From: Eledone cirrhosa
Lineage: Eukaryota
Direction: 5' to 3'
DNA length: 64,000 nt
NCBI GenBank assembly: GCA_964016885.1
Contig: OZ024747.1
Span: 80,972,001 to 81,036,000, forward strand
Shown here: piece after piece, positions 1 through 12,671 of the stretch
How the letters are laid out: each line of letters begins with the position of its first letter
How positions within the stretch are numbered: position 1 is the first letter of the stretch
The notes under the pieces: generated by a model
The model's database searches: none
What the model was told of the DNA's origin: nothing
What the model saw: only the letters and a program-made list of their open reading frames with translations
Position numbers and translations under genes: made by a program

Positions 1-1675
1 TTAACTCAGCTGGAGAATCCTTGGGAGGCGTGAAGATCAAGAGAGGTATCTCGCAGGGAGATAGTTTGTCCTTTCTGCTGTTTGTCCTTGCCCTGATACC
101 TCTGTCCTTTATATTGCGAAAGGTGAGAGCAGGATATAAGTTGGGAAGAGGAGAGCTTACCATCAACCACCTCCTCTTCATGGACGATCTTAAACTCTTT
201 GGGAAGAGTGAGAAGGTGGTGGATGTACTTGTTGACACTGTCCGTATTTTCAGCAGTGATATATGTATGGAATTTGGTATTAATAAGTGTGGAGTCCTAG
301 TGATGAAGAGGGGTAAATTGAGCAGAAGCAACGGAATCCAGGTACCAACAGGTGAGGTGATAAAGGAAATTGACACTGAAGAAGGATACAAATATTTAGG
401 TGTTCTGGAGGCAGATGACATCAAGAACATAAAAATGAAGGAATTGATAAGATCTGAATACATTCGGAGAGTAAGGAGCGTATTAAAATCACATCTAAAT
501 AGTAGGAATGGCATAAGTGCAGTAAATTCCCGAGCTGTGTCTATTATTATGTAAAGTGCGGGAATTCTGAAATGGAATGTTGCTGAACAAAAAGAAATGG
601 ATAGGAAGACTAGGAAGATATTGACTATCTACAACATGTTCCACAGAGGAGTGATGTCGATAGACTCTACTTAAAGAGATCTGAAGGTGGAAGAGGTCTT
701 ATCAGCACACAGATGGAGAAAAGCAACCTGCACAAATATGTGACTGACAGTAGGGAGCCAATGCTCAAAATTGTACTGAAGGAGAAAACAATAGACCAGG
801 GGATGTCCAAGGAGGAAATAACAACAAGGAGAACAGCAACCTTAATGAAAAATCCCTTCATAGTACCTTCTTTAAGAAAGCTGAATTTAGAGATCCACAG
901 ACATGGAACTGGTTAAAAAGAGGAGACCTTAAAAAAGCTACAGAAGGAATGCTAATGGCTGCGCAAGAGCAAGCCCTCAGAACGAAGTGGCTGAAACACC
1001 ATATTTACAAGGAGGAGGCTAGCTCACTGTGTAGGACCTGTGGAGAGAGAGAGGAGACTGTGGCTCACATTGTATCCGAGTGTAAATACCTAGCCCAGAC
1101 TCACTATAAAGGCTGGAGACATGATGTGATGGGCAGGGTGATCCAATGGAATCTATGCAAAGTAAACAATTTACCACATTCTGAGAAGTGGTATGAACAT
1201 AAGCCAGAGTCGGTGATAGAAAACGATCAGGTGAAGGTGCTGTGGGATTTTAGGATACAGACGGACAAGAAATTAGAATACAATAGGCCTGACCGGGTGG
1301 TTTTGGACAAGGAAAAAAGATCGTGCCTGATTGCGGATGTGGCCTGCCCATTTGACACGAGTGTGCAAGAAAAGGAGAGGGAGAAAATTAACCGATACCA
1401 GGACTTGAAGTGGAAGTTAAAAAGGATTTGGAACTGCCATGATGTCAAGGTCGTCCCGATTGCCATAGGCGCACTAGGTACTATCTCAAAGAGTTTGCAA
1501 GGATGGTTAAAGAATATTAGTCCAGCCCCGGTTTTGGAATACTTCAAAAGGCATGCTTGCTGGGAACAGCAAGAACCCTCCGATACGCCCTCAATGTCTG
1601 AGGCTGCAGGTAGCGGCTTAATATTAATTTCAACAAACTTTCCAGTTAAATAACATCAATCACTGAGACTCAAAG
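1..1675 (+). mobile_element. R4/Dong-type RLE non-LTR retrotransposon, degraded copy (family 1), runs off the window start
   Basis: ORF pieces contain RT motifs (QGDSLS, LFMDD), a CCHC knuckle (CRTC..ETVAHIVSEC) and an RLE endonuclease (RPD..D..CPFD..K..Y). Stops and frameshifts present; ends in (AAT)n at 1676-1693. Confidence 0.93.
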
Positions 1676-1768
1676 AATAATAATAATAATAATTTTAAAA
1701 AATTTGTATTCACATACATACATACGTACATATATACATACATACATACATACTTACATACATACATA

Positions 1769-3730
1769 AAATGATTCAAGAAAAAACAACAAAGAATCGC
1801 AGAAACTTGACTGTGGTGTGGCTGGACTATCACAAAGCATTTGATAGTGTACCTCATGGGTGGATTGTTAAGGCTTTACAGTTAGACAAAGTCCCACAAC
1901 CACTGGTAGCTGCTGTTGAACGTCTGACCAAGAACTGATACACCAATTTGATCCTTAGAGGTGAGAAGGAGCAAGTTAAGACTGATAAGATACATTACCA
2001 TAAAGGCATCTTTCAGAGTGATAGCTTGTCAGTGCTACTCTTCGTTCTCTCACTAAATCCACTATCTTACCTACTCAGGAAACAAGGTGGACAAAGAAGT
2101 GGGTCCAGAAGTATCTCCCATCTTTTCTTTGTTGGTGACCTGAAGTTGTATGGGCCAAATATCAATGACATGAAGAAACAATTGGACCTCATTGCACAAT
2201 TTTCAACTGACATCAAAATGAAATTTGGTGAGTCCAAGTGTGCATATTTGGCAGTAAAACGTGGAAGAGCTGTGTCCTCTTCTAGAAATCTAGAGATGAA
2301 CGGCCTGACAATACAACCTCTGCAGTCAGGTGACAACTACAGATATCTTGGGCAGGATGAGAATGTCAGATATGATAGACCCATAAATAAGGAGAGAACC
2401 AGAACTGAATACCTCAGAAGAGTAAAGAAAATATGGTCATCAGAATTGTCAGGGTACAACAAATACATTGCCCACAATACTTATGCTGTGCCAATTCTAA
2501 CGCCAACATTTGGCCTGCTGAACTGGTCATTGCAAGAACTAAGTGAGATGGATGTTAGAACTCGCAAACTTCTCAGTGTTACTGGGAACTGTAACATCAA
2601 TGGTGATGTGGATAGGCTATACTTCTCACGCAAGGAAGGTGGCCGGGGTCTAAAATCCATATTAACATCATATGAGGTCCGGATAGTAACACTGAAGCAA
2701 CATCTTCAACAGAGGAAAAAGGTTGGCAACCATCTTGCCCAGGTTTATGAGCATGAAAAAGAAAATATCATTAGGATAGCCACTGATCTGGAGGAGAGAT
2801 ATGGAATAAAGCCTGATATAAATCTCCCACCCAGAGAAATCGGAAGATCCTATTCAATGTTCAAACAAGATGAAAAAATTTACCAATTTACAGAAAAAGT
2901 TGTGCATGGATACTTGAGACGTAAAACACAGACCATAGAGGGGATAAACCACTCAAAAAGCCTGGCATGGAGTTCCGACAAGATTATGACATCACACCTT
3001 GAGGGATATCTCTATGCAATACAGGAACAAGAACTCCCTACCAAATATCTGCTACACAAAAGAGGAGGGCCATCAGCTGACAATAAATTTAGGATATGTA
3101 AAACAAAGATCGAAGATGTTGCCAGCTGCGAAAGAATGTCATCTTGCAACTACCTCCTCATGAGACACGATGGGATAGCTAGAACCATCTGGAACGCACT
3201 TCGGAAAACAAAATTAACAACAAACGAGGAAGAATATATTGAGACAGATGGCATTAAGGAATACTGGTGAAACCTGAAAATAAAAACTGCCACCAAATTA
3301 AAGCACAACCGGCCTGATATTATTGTTTGGGACCACACATTGAAAATGTGTTCTGTTGTGGAGATCAGCTGCCCACTTGATGTAAACGTTGTCAGAAAAA
3401 TACAGGAGAAGGAGGACATCTACGGACCATTGATGAGGAGTTTACAAATCCAGTATCCAAGATACACCTTCAGCTTCATACCCATCATTATTGGAATTAC
3501 GGGTTATATACCAATCCGCTTGGACCAAAGTATGACTGAACTTGGATTTGCGGACAAAAAGCGAAGCTCCCTAATTCATAGTATACAAATGGCTGCGATA
3601 GCTGGCACCTTCAAAATTTGCAAAACATTCTTGCGATTCAAGGGATGACAATTTCTTTTCTTTTATACAACCTTGCCACCGGGAAGGTAGCCGGTCAAAA
3701 AATATACTCGAAATTAAGAGAAAGAGATAA
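1769..3730 (+). mobile_element. R4/Dong-type RLE retrotransposon, 5'-truncated, divergent family 2
   Basis: WLDYHKAFDSVPH, QSDSLS, LFFVGDLKLY, RLYFSRKEGGRGL, HNRPDIIVWD and VEISCP motifs. Flanked on both sides by (ACAT)n. Confidence 0.9.
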
Positions 3731-5498
3731 ACATACATACATACATACATACATACATACATACATACATACATACATACATACATACATACATACATAC
3801 ATACTCGCATTCTAAATGTTTGTTCTCATCATCTGAAACACACTAAATTAAGTTTCGATGTTCAAATTGCGTAGATAGGTTCAATTGATTGCAGTCTGTT
3901 ACCACTTGCCATATTCTGCATACGATATTCTATTCATAAATATCAATAGAAATTGCAGAACGCTCCCCCTCAGAAATCCGCTCCTTACTTTTTATTCTCT
4001 CATGCACAGGCACATATACAACTCAAATATAATGCTCGTCTTGTTTCTTACACTGTTCTTTTTTTTGTCAGAAATTTACCCTCTTTTGCCAGCTAGCCAG
4101 TATAAAATTTAGTAGCTTTTCAGCTGTCCATATGGTCGCGAACAAACGAGGGGTTCAGCAAGTGATCATGTAACTTGCTAGAAATATACAATACATATTG
4201 TTTAACGCTGTTCTCGATACACGATGTCATGGATTGAACGTCTTTTATTCTAAATCTACTTAATTGTGTTTGAATTGAGAATAAACAGCATCAACAACAA
4301 TAGGTATCATAATTTATACGGTATCCCTTGGGTGACGTTGGAAATTACCAACAATTTATGCTCATTGTGGTAAATCAAGTGGACATGCTAAAATGAATGA
4401 TAACTATACTATCTCCACTATAGTCGTATTAGACAGCCAGGCTCGCCATTCTGTAATCATTTGGAACCGACACTGTAAAGCATATAGGGTATAATTATAT
4501 GATTTATTTGAAGAAGACTGGCAAGTGTAACCAAAATGTCTGAAAATGTGTTGGTTTTATGTCTGATAAGGAAGCAAAGTTATTCTATTTAATTATGGCT
4601 TTTAGATGAGTTTTAATAAAATTATGCAGTCTTAAGTTAATCCTAAGTTTCACCTAAAAACAGAAAACAAAAATACGAAGAGAAACCAACTAATACATTA
4701 GAAACGGAGATTGAAAGATACTGTTAATTCCAAGAAATATCTAAAATTGAAAATATTACAGACCTAGTGGCCTAATCTAAGCAAAACGATATAAAAGCAG
4801 TTCATTTCATTTTCTTAATAATATTTACAGATTTACGTTGCAGCTTATTGAAACTGAATAGGTTGGATTGCTCTTAAAATGTTTGCATAAATTCTTGAAC
4901 CACTAGAATTAATTGTTTTATAGTTTACACGGGTAGAGCAATGCTATGTTTTGAGACACTCCAACGTTACATAAGTTAAAGCTCTAGACGTTGCTCTTCT
5001 AAATACAGCCGTTCATGTAGATCAAAAGTGCAAGTGAATTTCGTTGCTTGATATGATGGGAGCTGATTGCATATCTTGCCATGTTGTAGTTGCAACAATT
5101 AAAGCATTTTTCTTCTAGTGTGTTTCGAATTTTGGGGTGCCCTGATTTAAAACAAAAATGCTAAATAACATTTTTTTTAATGAAACCACTTAATAAATTA
5201 AAAAAAGATTACAAAATACCCCATCTACAATATATTTTGCTTTAGACCCAAGAGCGAGATAGGAAAATATTTGCTAGTCCAAGCTAGAATGTATTTTCAG
5301 AATATGAATAAATAAATATTATAACTTTGTTCTCTGTATCATGTCTACGGAGTCATAAAATATTTTGGGAATAATTTTGTACATTTTAAATATTTCATAT
5401 TTCTTTTTTTTTTTTTCTATAACAATAACAAAAATCTAGATTTACACTACATATTCAACATCACCTAAATATCTCTGACTATTACTTAATCCATGACG

Positions 5499-5620
5499 AG
5501 TGAAGGCGCGTGGCTTAGTGGTTAGAGAGTTGGATTCGGAATTGTGAGGTTGTAAGTTCAATTCTCGGACCGGGTGATGAGTTGTGTCCTTGAGTAAGAC
5601 AATTTATTTCACGTTGCTCC
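5499..5620 (+). mobile_element. tRNA-derived SINE head (type 2); related copies near 34303-34475 (+), 54360-54520 (-), 59740-59860 (-)
   Basis: A box TGGCTTAGTGG, B-box-like AGTTCAATTC, then the conserved GTGTCCTTGAG.AAGACA.TTTATTTCA body repeated in the window. Confidence 0.75.
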
Positions 5621-5816
5621 TTCTGCCAGGAGTTGCAACCGGTAGATAGCATGAACAATGGAAGAACCAATGGAAACATTGTTTCCTTGGTCCGATTTGA
5701 CGACGTCCACCCCACTGGGCAAGCAAATGAGGTCTGGAATCTTGTCGACCGATCAGAGCAAGAGCGTCTATGACACTAATTTTAACTAGAGCTCCTTATT
5801 TCGTTATTACATGTAA

Positions 5817-6029
5817 CCCTTTAGCATTTAAACTAGCCATATCCGGCCAGAATTCTCTCACCTCTTTCTGTTCCAGCCATAACTGGCTGCTCATACTGAC
5901 GTTAAGGTATTGCTCTCAAAATAACTAATATCAAAATCTCGTAGAGTTGATATTATATGAGACAATTATGTAAGATGAAGCTTTTACCACAAAAATACAA
6001 TAGTATATATAGAGTTAAATGCTAAAGGG
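5817..6029. mobile_element. piggyBac-like MITE; further copies 38978-39170, 40914-41134, 56200-56356, 58068-58219
   Basis: TIRs CCCTTTAGCATTTA...TAAATGCTAAAGGG with (G/T)TAA and TTAA flanks. The copy at 40914-41134 has TTAA on both sides, and internal sequence is shared among copies. Confidence 0.8.
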
Positions 6030-6047
6030 TTAAAATATTAGCAATAA

Positions 6048-7208
6048 ACGGTTGAGTCGACATATTTGTGTCCTGTCACCAGTACAATGCTGAATAGATG
6101 AATAGAACAACAGTTTCGGCTTCGGGATCGATTTGTCCTCTGCCGTACAGGGAAATTTGACAGTAGAAGTCGCATTGATAGACACATTTATCAAATGCAG
6201 GTAGGTTCTATAGAAGTGGTTGATAGCTTTCGGTACCTAGGTGATCAGATTAGCATGGGAGGATATGGTTCTTATAGCAGAAACAGTAGAGGAGTTAAGA
6301 GAATAAATTCTGGATTTGGAAACAGTAGTTGGAATTAGGAGGACTGACAGTGAACCTAGCTAAGACATAAGTGTTGATAAGTAAAAAAAGGGAAAAAACT
6401 CTGATTCCGTCAGGGAAATGGCCATGTTCGATATGCAGAAAAGGAACTGGCATAAATTCTATAAAATGTACACAATGCAGATCTTGGGTACACAAGAGAT
6501 GTAGTGGGATAGCAGGCAAACTAACAGGTAGGGAAAAATACGTATGCAGTAGATGTACAGGGAAATTTGACAGTAGAAGTCGCATTGATAGACACATTTA
6601 TCAAATGTAGGTAGGGTCTATATAAGTGGTTGATAGCTTCCGGTACATAGGTGATCAGATTAGCATAGGAGAGGGTATTCCGATGCCATAGTATCTAGAA
6701 TAAGGACGAGTTGGAAGAATTTTAGGCAGATGCTTCTTCTGCTGACAAAGAAGGGTTTCTCCCTGCGTACAAAAGGCCGGTTATATGATGCCTGTGTGAG
6801 ATGCGCGATGCTGCATGGTAGTGAGACATGGGCAGCAACTGTAGAGGATATGCGACGGCTGGAGAGAAATGAAGCAAGCATGCTCCTTTGGATGTGCAAT
6901 GTCAATGTACGTGAACGACCAATCATGGATGAGTTGAGAGAGAAACTGTGTTTAAGAGGGATAAGTTGTAGTGTGCGGCAGTAAAGAATACGATGTTATG
7001 GACATGTGATGCGCATGGAGGTTGACCGCTGGGTAAAGAAGTGCCAAGAAATCCCAGTAGAAGGAAGACGCATGGGCGGAGATGGTGAGACCTGACCTCA
7101 GATTGCTGAAGCTCACGGAGGAGATGACAAAGGACCGCGACAAGTGGAGAGATGCTGTGCTGAATAGGACCCGTCCCAGTCTTGCAGGCAGGGAAAAGCG
7201 GACGTAAA

Positions 7209-7245
<37 letters not shown>
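6048..7245 (+). mobile_element. RTE-clade LINE 3' fragment, degraded, with (GAT)n tail
   Basis: WPCSICRKG..SIKCTQCRSWVHKRCSGI PHD-like finger and KGRLYDACVR..MLHGSETW; ends GCGGACGTAAAA(TGA)n. Confidence 0.85.
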
Positions 7246-7864
7246 CGCAGTAGAGATCATAATAGAAATATGTTCAAATTTCTTTATTTAAGACATCTCA
7301 TCTGCTGGTAATTTGCGAAACACGTGTTAAACGTGATTCCGAATAAAATATTTAGCATTGAAACTTCGGTCTCTCATTCTTGATATAAATATTCGGCATA
7401 TTACGCCAATATCAAACTGCTGCTGATGCACATCTTTAACAATGTATACCAAATTCATGTTAAAGTATAGAATACTCAGGTGGCACATAAAGTAATATTT
7501 TATTACGCACCAACTGACGATATATATATATATATATCAAAGGTATATATTGAATTAAAAACTCAAAATAGTCTCTTACAATTAAATAGTTCAAGGAAAG
7601 AGATTTTTCCGAGCGGTGTAATATGATTGAATATAAAAGAGAGATAAACACAGATATATACATATGTGTTCAAAACGTAAGGGACCAGATTCGCTAGGAT
7701 GAAAAATATACTAACTAAGGACAATAGGGTTTGCCAGACTCAATTTAAGAATAAATCAAGAAAATAAATACAAACCAGAATTGTGGTAACTTCCAGACAC
7801 CCATACAGCGTTTGATGATGCTGTTTCGCAATCCAATTGTGAAGAGAATTAACAATTCTTATTG

Positions 7865-7902
<38 letters not shown>

Positions 7903-7908
7903 TATATG

Positions 7909-7952
<44 letters not shown>

Positions 7953-8093
7953 TAACATCGGGATTTTACACATCTCTATACCCACTACATTTCCACATGT
8001 ATCAAGTATTCACATGAGTAATGGTCTCCTCGGTCTCAGCACCGCAGACTCTTTCTCTCTCTCTCTCTCTCTCTCTCTTTATATCTCTTTATG

Positions 8094-8258
8094 CCGTTTC
8101 GACAGCTAGGTAGCTAGGTTCAGACCTAGCTGTCGAAACGGCCGGAGCTCAGCCGTCGGGGTCCTGACTCTTTTCATATTACCCACTCTATTACCTTACA
8201 TATCGACTACTCCGGTGCGTTATAGTCCACCTGTTTCTTTACCACACTTCCTTCGTTA
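8094..8258 (+). mobile_element. Fold-back element family A; other copies 18937-19042 (tail only), 20079-20237 (-), 21327-21517 (+), 26637-26800 (-), variant 8503-8572
   Basis: Inverted repeat GCCGTTTCGACAGCTAGGT/ACCTAGCTGTCGAAACGGC followed by a shared tail TTACCCACTCTA...CCACCTG.TTC.TTACCACA.TTCCTTCGTTA abutting (TA)n. Confidence 0.75.
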
Positions 8259-8469
8259 TATATATATATATACACAAATATAAATGGAAGTTTAGTAAAA
8301 TCGAAGTTTTGGCTGTGGCCAAGCTAACGATATACAATCAGGAATGTGCAGCAAAGCACTCGATAAGGCTGTGTCACCTTAGAGTAATAACATACGTTAG
8401 ATAGCTTGACAAATTGAAAACTGCGACAGGTGACCAATATATATATATATTGAAAACTGCGACCGGTGA

Positions 8470-8505
<36 letters not shown>

Positions 8506-8570
8506 TCAATTTGTCAAGCTTAACTCCTCGTCGAAACGGGTTCAGTTCTGCCGTCGGGGTCATACATTTT

Positions 8571-8635
<65 letters not shown>

Positions 8636-8796
8636 ATATATCTATATATGTACATACACTTACACGAAAATCTTAGTATACATGTTTAAAAAATTAATTT
8701 TATGCTCAATGATTGTGTCAAGTTATCTGATATATATATACACTAAGTTGTGAATGTCAAATGACTAACATTTAAACTTGAAACATTTTGCCATAG

Positions 8797-9200
8797 GGGA
8801 AGCGGCGGACGGAGAAAAGAAAAAGATTGCACTTTCATTTATGGGTGTCATGGAGAAAAAGATGGGTCTGAGACCTGGAGAATTGTCAATGTGCTATCAA
8901 TCCGTATTCTATTTTGAAGAAATGGAGACCGATAAACAAAGTGATGAATTGAATTACGAGGCGATCTTTTATAATGATTTCGATAAAGTTATTCCTCATT
9001 ATGTAAAGATTTACGTAGAGATTTCTATGGTTATTCTTATTCTAGGAAGCTTCGTTATAGTATCTTCCGAGTACAGGGAAATACAAGGTGCCACGTTGAT
9101 AGAATGGACCGTTCTTTGCTGTCTAGCCTTACTCATTCATATATTTGTTTTCGAGCCACTAAAGGTTTTCGCAGTTTTAATGTTTCAAATGAATTATTGA
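8797..9200 (+). CDS. Probable terminal coding exon of a polycystin-1-like (PKD1L/PKDREJ-type) membrane protein
   Basis: Branch-point-like GACTAAC at 8763-8769 and acceptor TTTTGCCATAG ending 8796. Non-repetitive open frame with two hydrophobic helices and W...IHIFVFEPLKV, resembling the PKD1-family TM4-TM5 [Q/E]P[LIV]KV motif. AATAAA signals just after the stop. Confidence 0.55.
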
Positions 9201-9845
9201 GAGGAACAAGAAATAAAATAAAGAAATAAAGATAATTTATAAATAATTTATTTTTGTGTAATAATCATTTTAATAATTTTTTACAGATTACGTTGGGAAT
9301 GATTTAAACTATTCAATACTAATTCATCGGTTACTTTCCGTACTAAGAATACTCATATGTAAAAAATATATAGATCACAATCTCATAAAAAGTGATAGAA
9401 CCAGTGGCGTTGGCCGCATATGGCGTCGTTGTGATTAGGTTGGCGGCGTCATTCACAGTGGTAAACCTTGGCAGAACCGGAAAGTCAACTTCGTTTGCAT
9501 AAGATTTGGTTGCGTGTGCAGCTGTTGTTGACTGTTCCACTCAATCGGCATCCCGCCATTCCGTTTAGCGGATGCAACATTTTTGTCTGCTATCTTAATT
9601 TTAGCAGAACCTTGATGGGCGTGTTTGAAATGGAAACATAAGATTATCCCCCAAGGGTTTCAAGTAGAACCAAACTACCCAACCCACTAAGATACTGACT
9701 AACCTAACTTTAAAACAATAACAACATTTTAATGCAAAGGGTTGAATATCTTGGAAAATAGAACAAACTTACACGAACGATGTAAACCATTACTTGAAAG
9801 ATTGAACAACAAAGTTAATAATAACAATAATAATAATAATAATAA

Positions 9846-9975
9846 TAATTGTTTCTACTTTAGGCACAAGGCCAGCAATTAACCAATGCATTACTGGTAG
9901 TTTATTTTATCGACCCCGTAAGGATGAAAGGCAAAGTCAACCTCGGCGGGATTTGAACTCAGATCGTAAAGGGAC
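9846..9975 (-). mobile_element. tRNA-derived SINE type 1 (Meta-domain-like), 5'-truncated
   Basis: Reverse complement of GTTCAAATCCC..GAGGT..ACTTTGCCTTTCATCCTTACGGGGTCGATAAAATAAA.TACCAG..GGCCTTGTGCC.AAAGTAGAAACAATTA. Confidence 0.85.
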
Positions 9976-9990
9976 AATAATAATAATAAT

Positions 9991-12277
9991 GACCAGGCAG
10001 TGTGGATTGAGACAGCACAAAAGGAGATTAGTGAACAGGCACAGCAACAAACTTATTTGAGTATCACAGTTGAAACTCTTAAGGGGCAGGCCAAAAAACT
10101 AACCAACTGGAAATCACCCTGCTCAGATGGTGTGTTAGGGTATTGGATTACAAATATAATATCCCTCCACCCGAAACTGACAACCATGTCGGGTCAAGTA
10201 CCAGAGTGGTTGACAAAATGTACCACAGTTCTGGTAATGAAAGACCGAATCAAGGGTAATGATGTTACCAACTATAGGCCTATCACATGTCTGTCCGTAA
10301 TGTGGAAACTGTTAACAAGCATTGTGTCTGAGGAAATCTACCATCACCTCCACATAAACAACTTGTTACCGGTCGAACAGAAAGGATGCCGAAAGAAGTC
10401 CCGTGGTACAAAAGACCATTAACTTATTGATAAGATGGTAATGAGGAATTGCAAGAGTAGGTACGCTGCTCTTGCCATGGCATGGATAGATTACAAAAAG
10501 GCATTCGACATGGTACCTCATTCTTGGATAACCAAAAGCCTAGAGATCTTCAAGGTGGCAGATAACATCCGATAGTTGTTGAGCAAAAGTATGAAGTCCT
10601 AGGAAACTGAGTTAACATTAGCTGGAGAATCCTTGGGAGGCGTGAAGATCAAGAGAGGTATCTCGCAGGGAGATAGTTTGTCCTTTCTGCTGTTTGTCCT
10701 TGCCCTGATACCTCTGTCCTTTATATTGCGAAAGGTGAGAGCAGGATATAAGTTGGGAAGAGGAGAGCTTACCATCAACCACCTCCTCTTCATGGACGAT
10801 CTTAAACTCTTTGGGAAGAGTGAGAAGGTGGTGGATGTACTTGTCGACACTGTCCGTATTTTCAGCAGTGATATATGTATGGAATTTGGTATTAATAAGT
10901 GTGGAGTCCTAGTGATGAAGAGGGGTAAATTGAGCAAAAGCAACGGAATCCAGGTACCAACAGGTGAGATGAAAAAGGAAATTGACACTGAAGAAGGATA
11001 CAAATATTTAGGTGTTCTGGAGGCAGAACAAAAAATGAAGGAATTGATAAGATCTGAGTACATAAGGAGAGTAAGGAGTGTATTAAAATCACATCTAAAT
11101 AGTAGGAATGTCATAAGTGCAGTAAATTCCCGAGCTGTGTCTATTATTATGTAAAGTGCGGGAATTCTGAAATGGAATGTTGCTGAACAAAAAGAAATGG
11201 ATAGGAAGACTAGGAAGATATTGACTATCTACAACATGTTCCACAGAGGAGTGATGTCGATAGACTCTACTTAAAGAGATCTGAAGGTGGAAGAGGTCTT
11301 ATCAGCACACAGATGGAGAAAAACAACCTGCACAAATATGTGACTGACAGTAGGGAGCCAATGCTCAAAATTGTACTGAAGGAGAAAACAATAGACCAGG
11401 GGATGTCCAAGGAGGAAATAACAACAAGGAGGAAGAGCAACCTTCATGAAAAATCCCTTAATAGTACCTTCTTTAAGAAAACTGAATTTAGAGATCCACA
11501 GACATGGAACTGGTTAAAAAGAGGAGACCTTAAAAAAGCTACAGAAGGAATGCTAATGGCTGCGCAAGAGCAAGCCCTCAGAACGAAGTGGCTGAAACAC
11601 CATATTTACAAGGAGGAGGCTAGCTCACTGTGTAGGACCTGTGGAGAGAGAGGGGAGACTGTGGCTCACATTGTATCCGAGTGTAAATACCTAGCCCAGA
11701 CTCACTATAAAGGCTGGAGACATGATGTGATGGGCAGGGTGATCCAATGGAATCTATGCAAAGTAAACAATTTACCACATTCTGAGAAGTGGTATGAACA
11801 TAAGCCAGAGTCGGTGATAGAAAACGATCAGGTGAAGGTGCTGTGGGATTTTAGGATACAGACGGACAAGAAATTAGAATACAATAGGCCTGACCGGGTG
11901 GTTTTGGACACGGAAAAAAGATCGTGCCTGATTGCGGATGTGGCCTGCCCATTTGACACGAGTGTGCAAGAAAAGGAGAGGGAGAAAATTAACCGATACC
12001 AGGACTTGAAGTGGAAGTTAAAAAGGATTTGGAACTGCCATGAAGTCAAAGTGGTCCCGATTGTCATAGGCGCACTAGGTACTATCTCAAAAAGTCTCCA
12101 GGGATGGTTAAAGAAAATCGGCCCCGCCATGCTTTTTGGAACGCTTCAAAAGGCATGCTTGCTGAGAACAGCAAGAACCCTCCGATACGTCCTGAATATC
12201 TTAGGCTACAGATAGCGGCTTGATATTCATTTCAACAAACTTTCCAGTTAACTAACATCAATGACTGAGACTCAAAG
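9991..12277 (+). mobile_element. R4/Dong-type retrotransposon family 1, 5'-truncated degraded copy
   Basis: NYRPITCL, DYKKAFDMVPH, LFMDD, CCHC and RLE motifs; (AAT)n on both sides (9976-9990 and after 12278). Confidence 0.93.
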
Positions 12278-12671
12278 AACAATAATAATAATAAGAAGAA
12301 GAAGAATAAGAATATTAAATTTGAAATATATCGAATACATTGATTTTTATTGCATGAGTTTCCTAATGCTTTGATTGAAATCAACGATGGCAACAGATAG
12401 TATCACTTCTTATCAGCCGTATTTTCGAAAATAGGTTTACATGCAAAACAAAATGAATTTTAAAATATTAAAACAAACGAAACAATTAAAAAGACAACAA
12501 AGCAAAATTGTTGGAGTGGAAGAAGTGAGGAGCGGGGTGATTCTTGGGAGGCAATTCTTTAAGAAGCTTCCTATCTCTAACTTACAAATCTTACAAATTA
12601 ACCAGACGGAAGAAATCTTTAAAAAAATTCGAAAATGACATGGAACGACAGACAAGTACATGCAAATGCAC

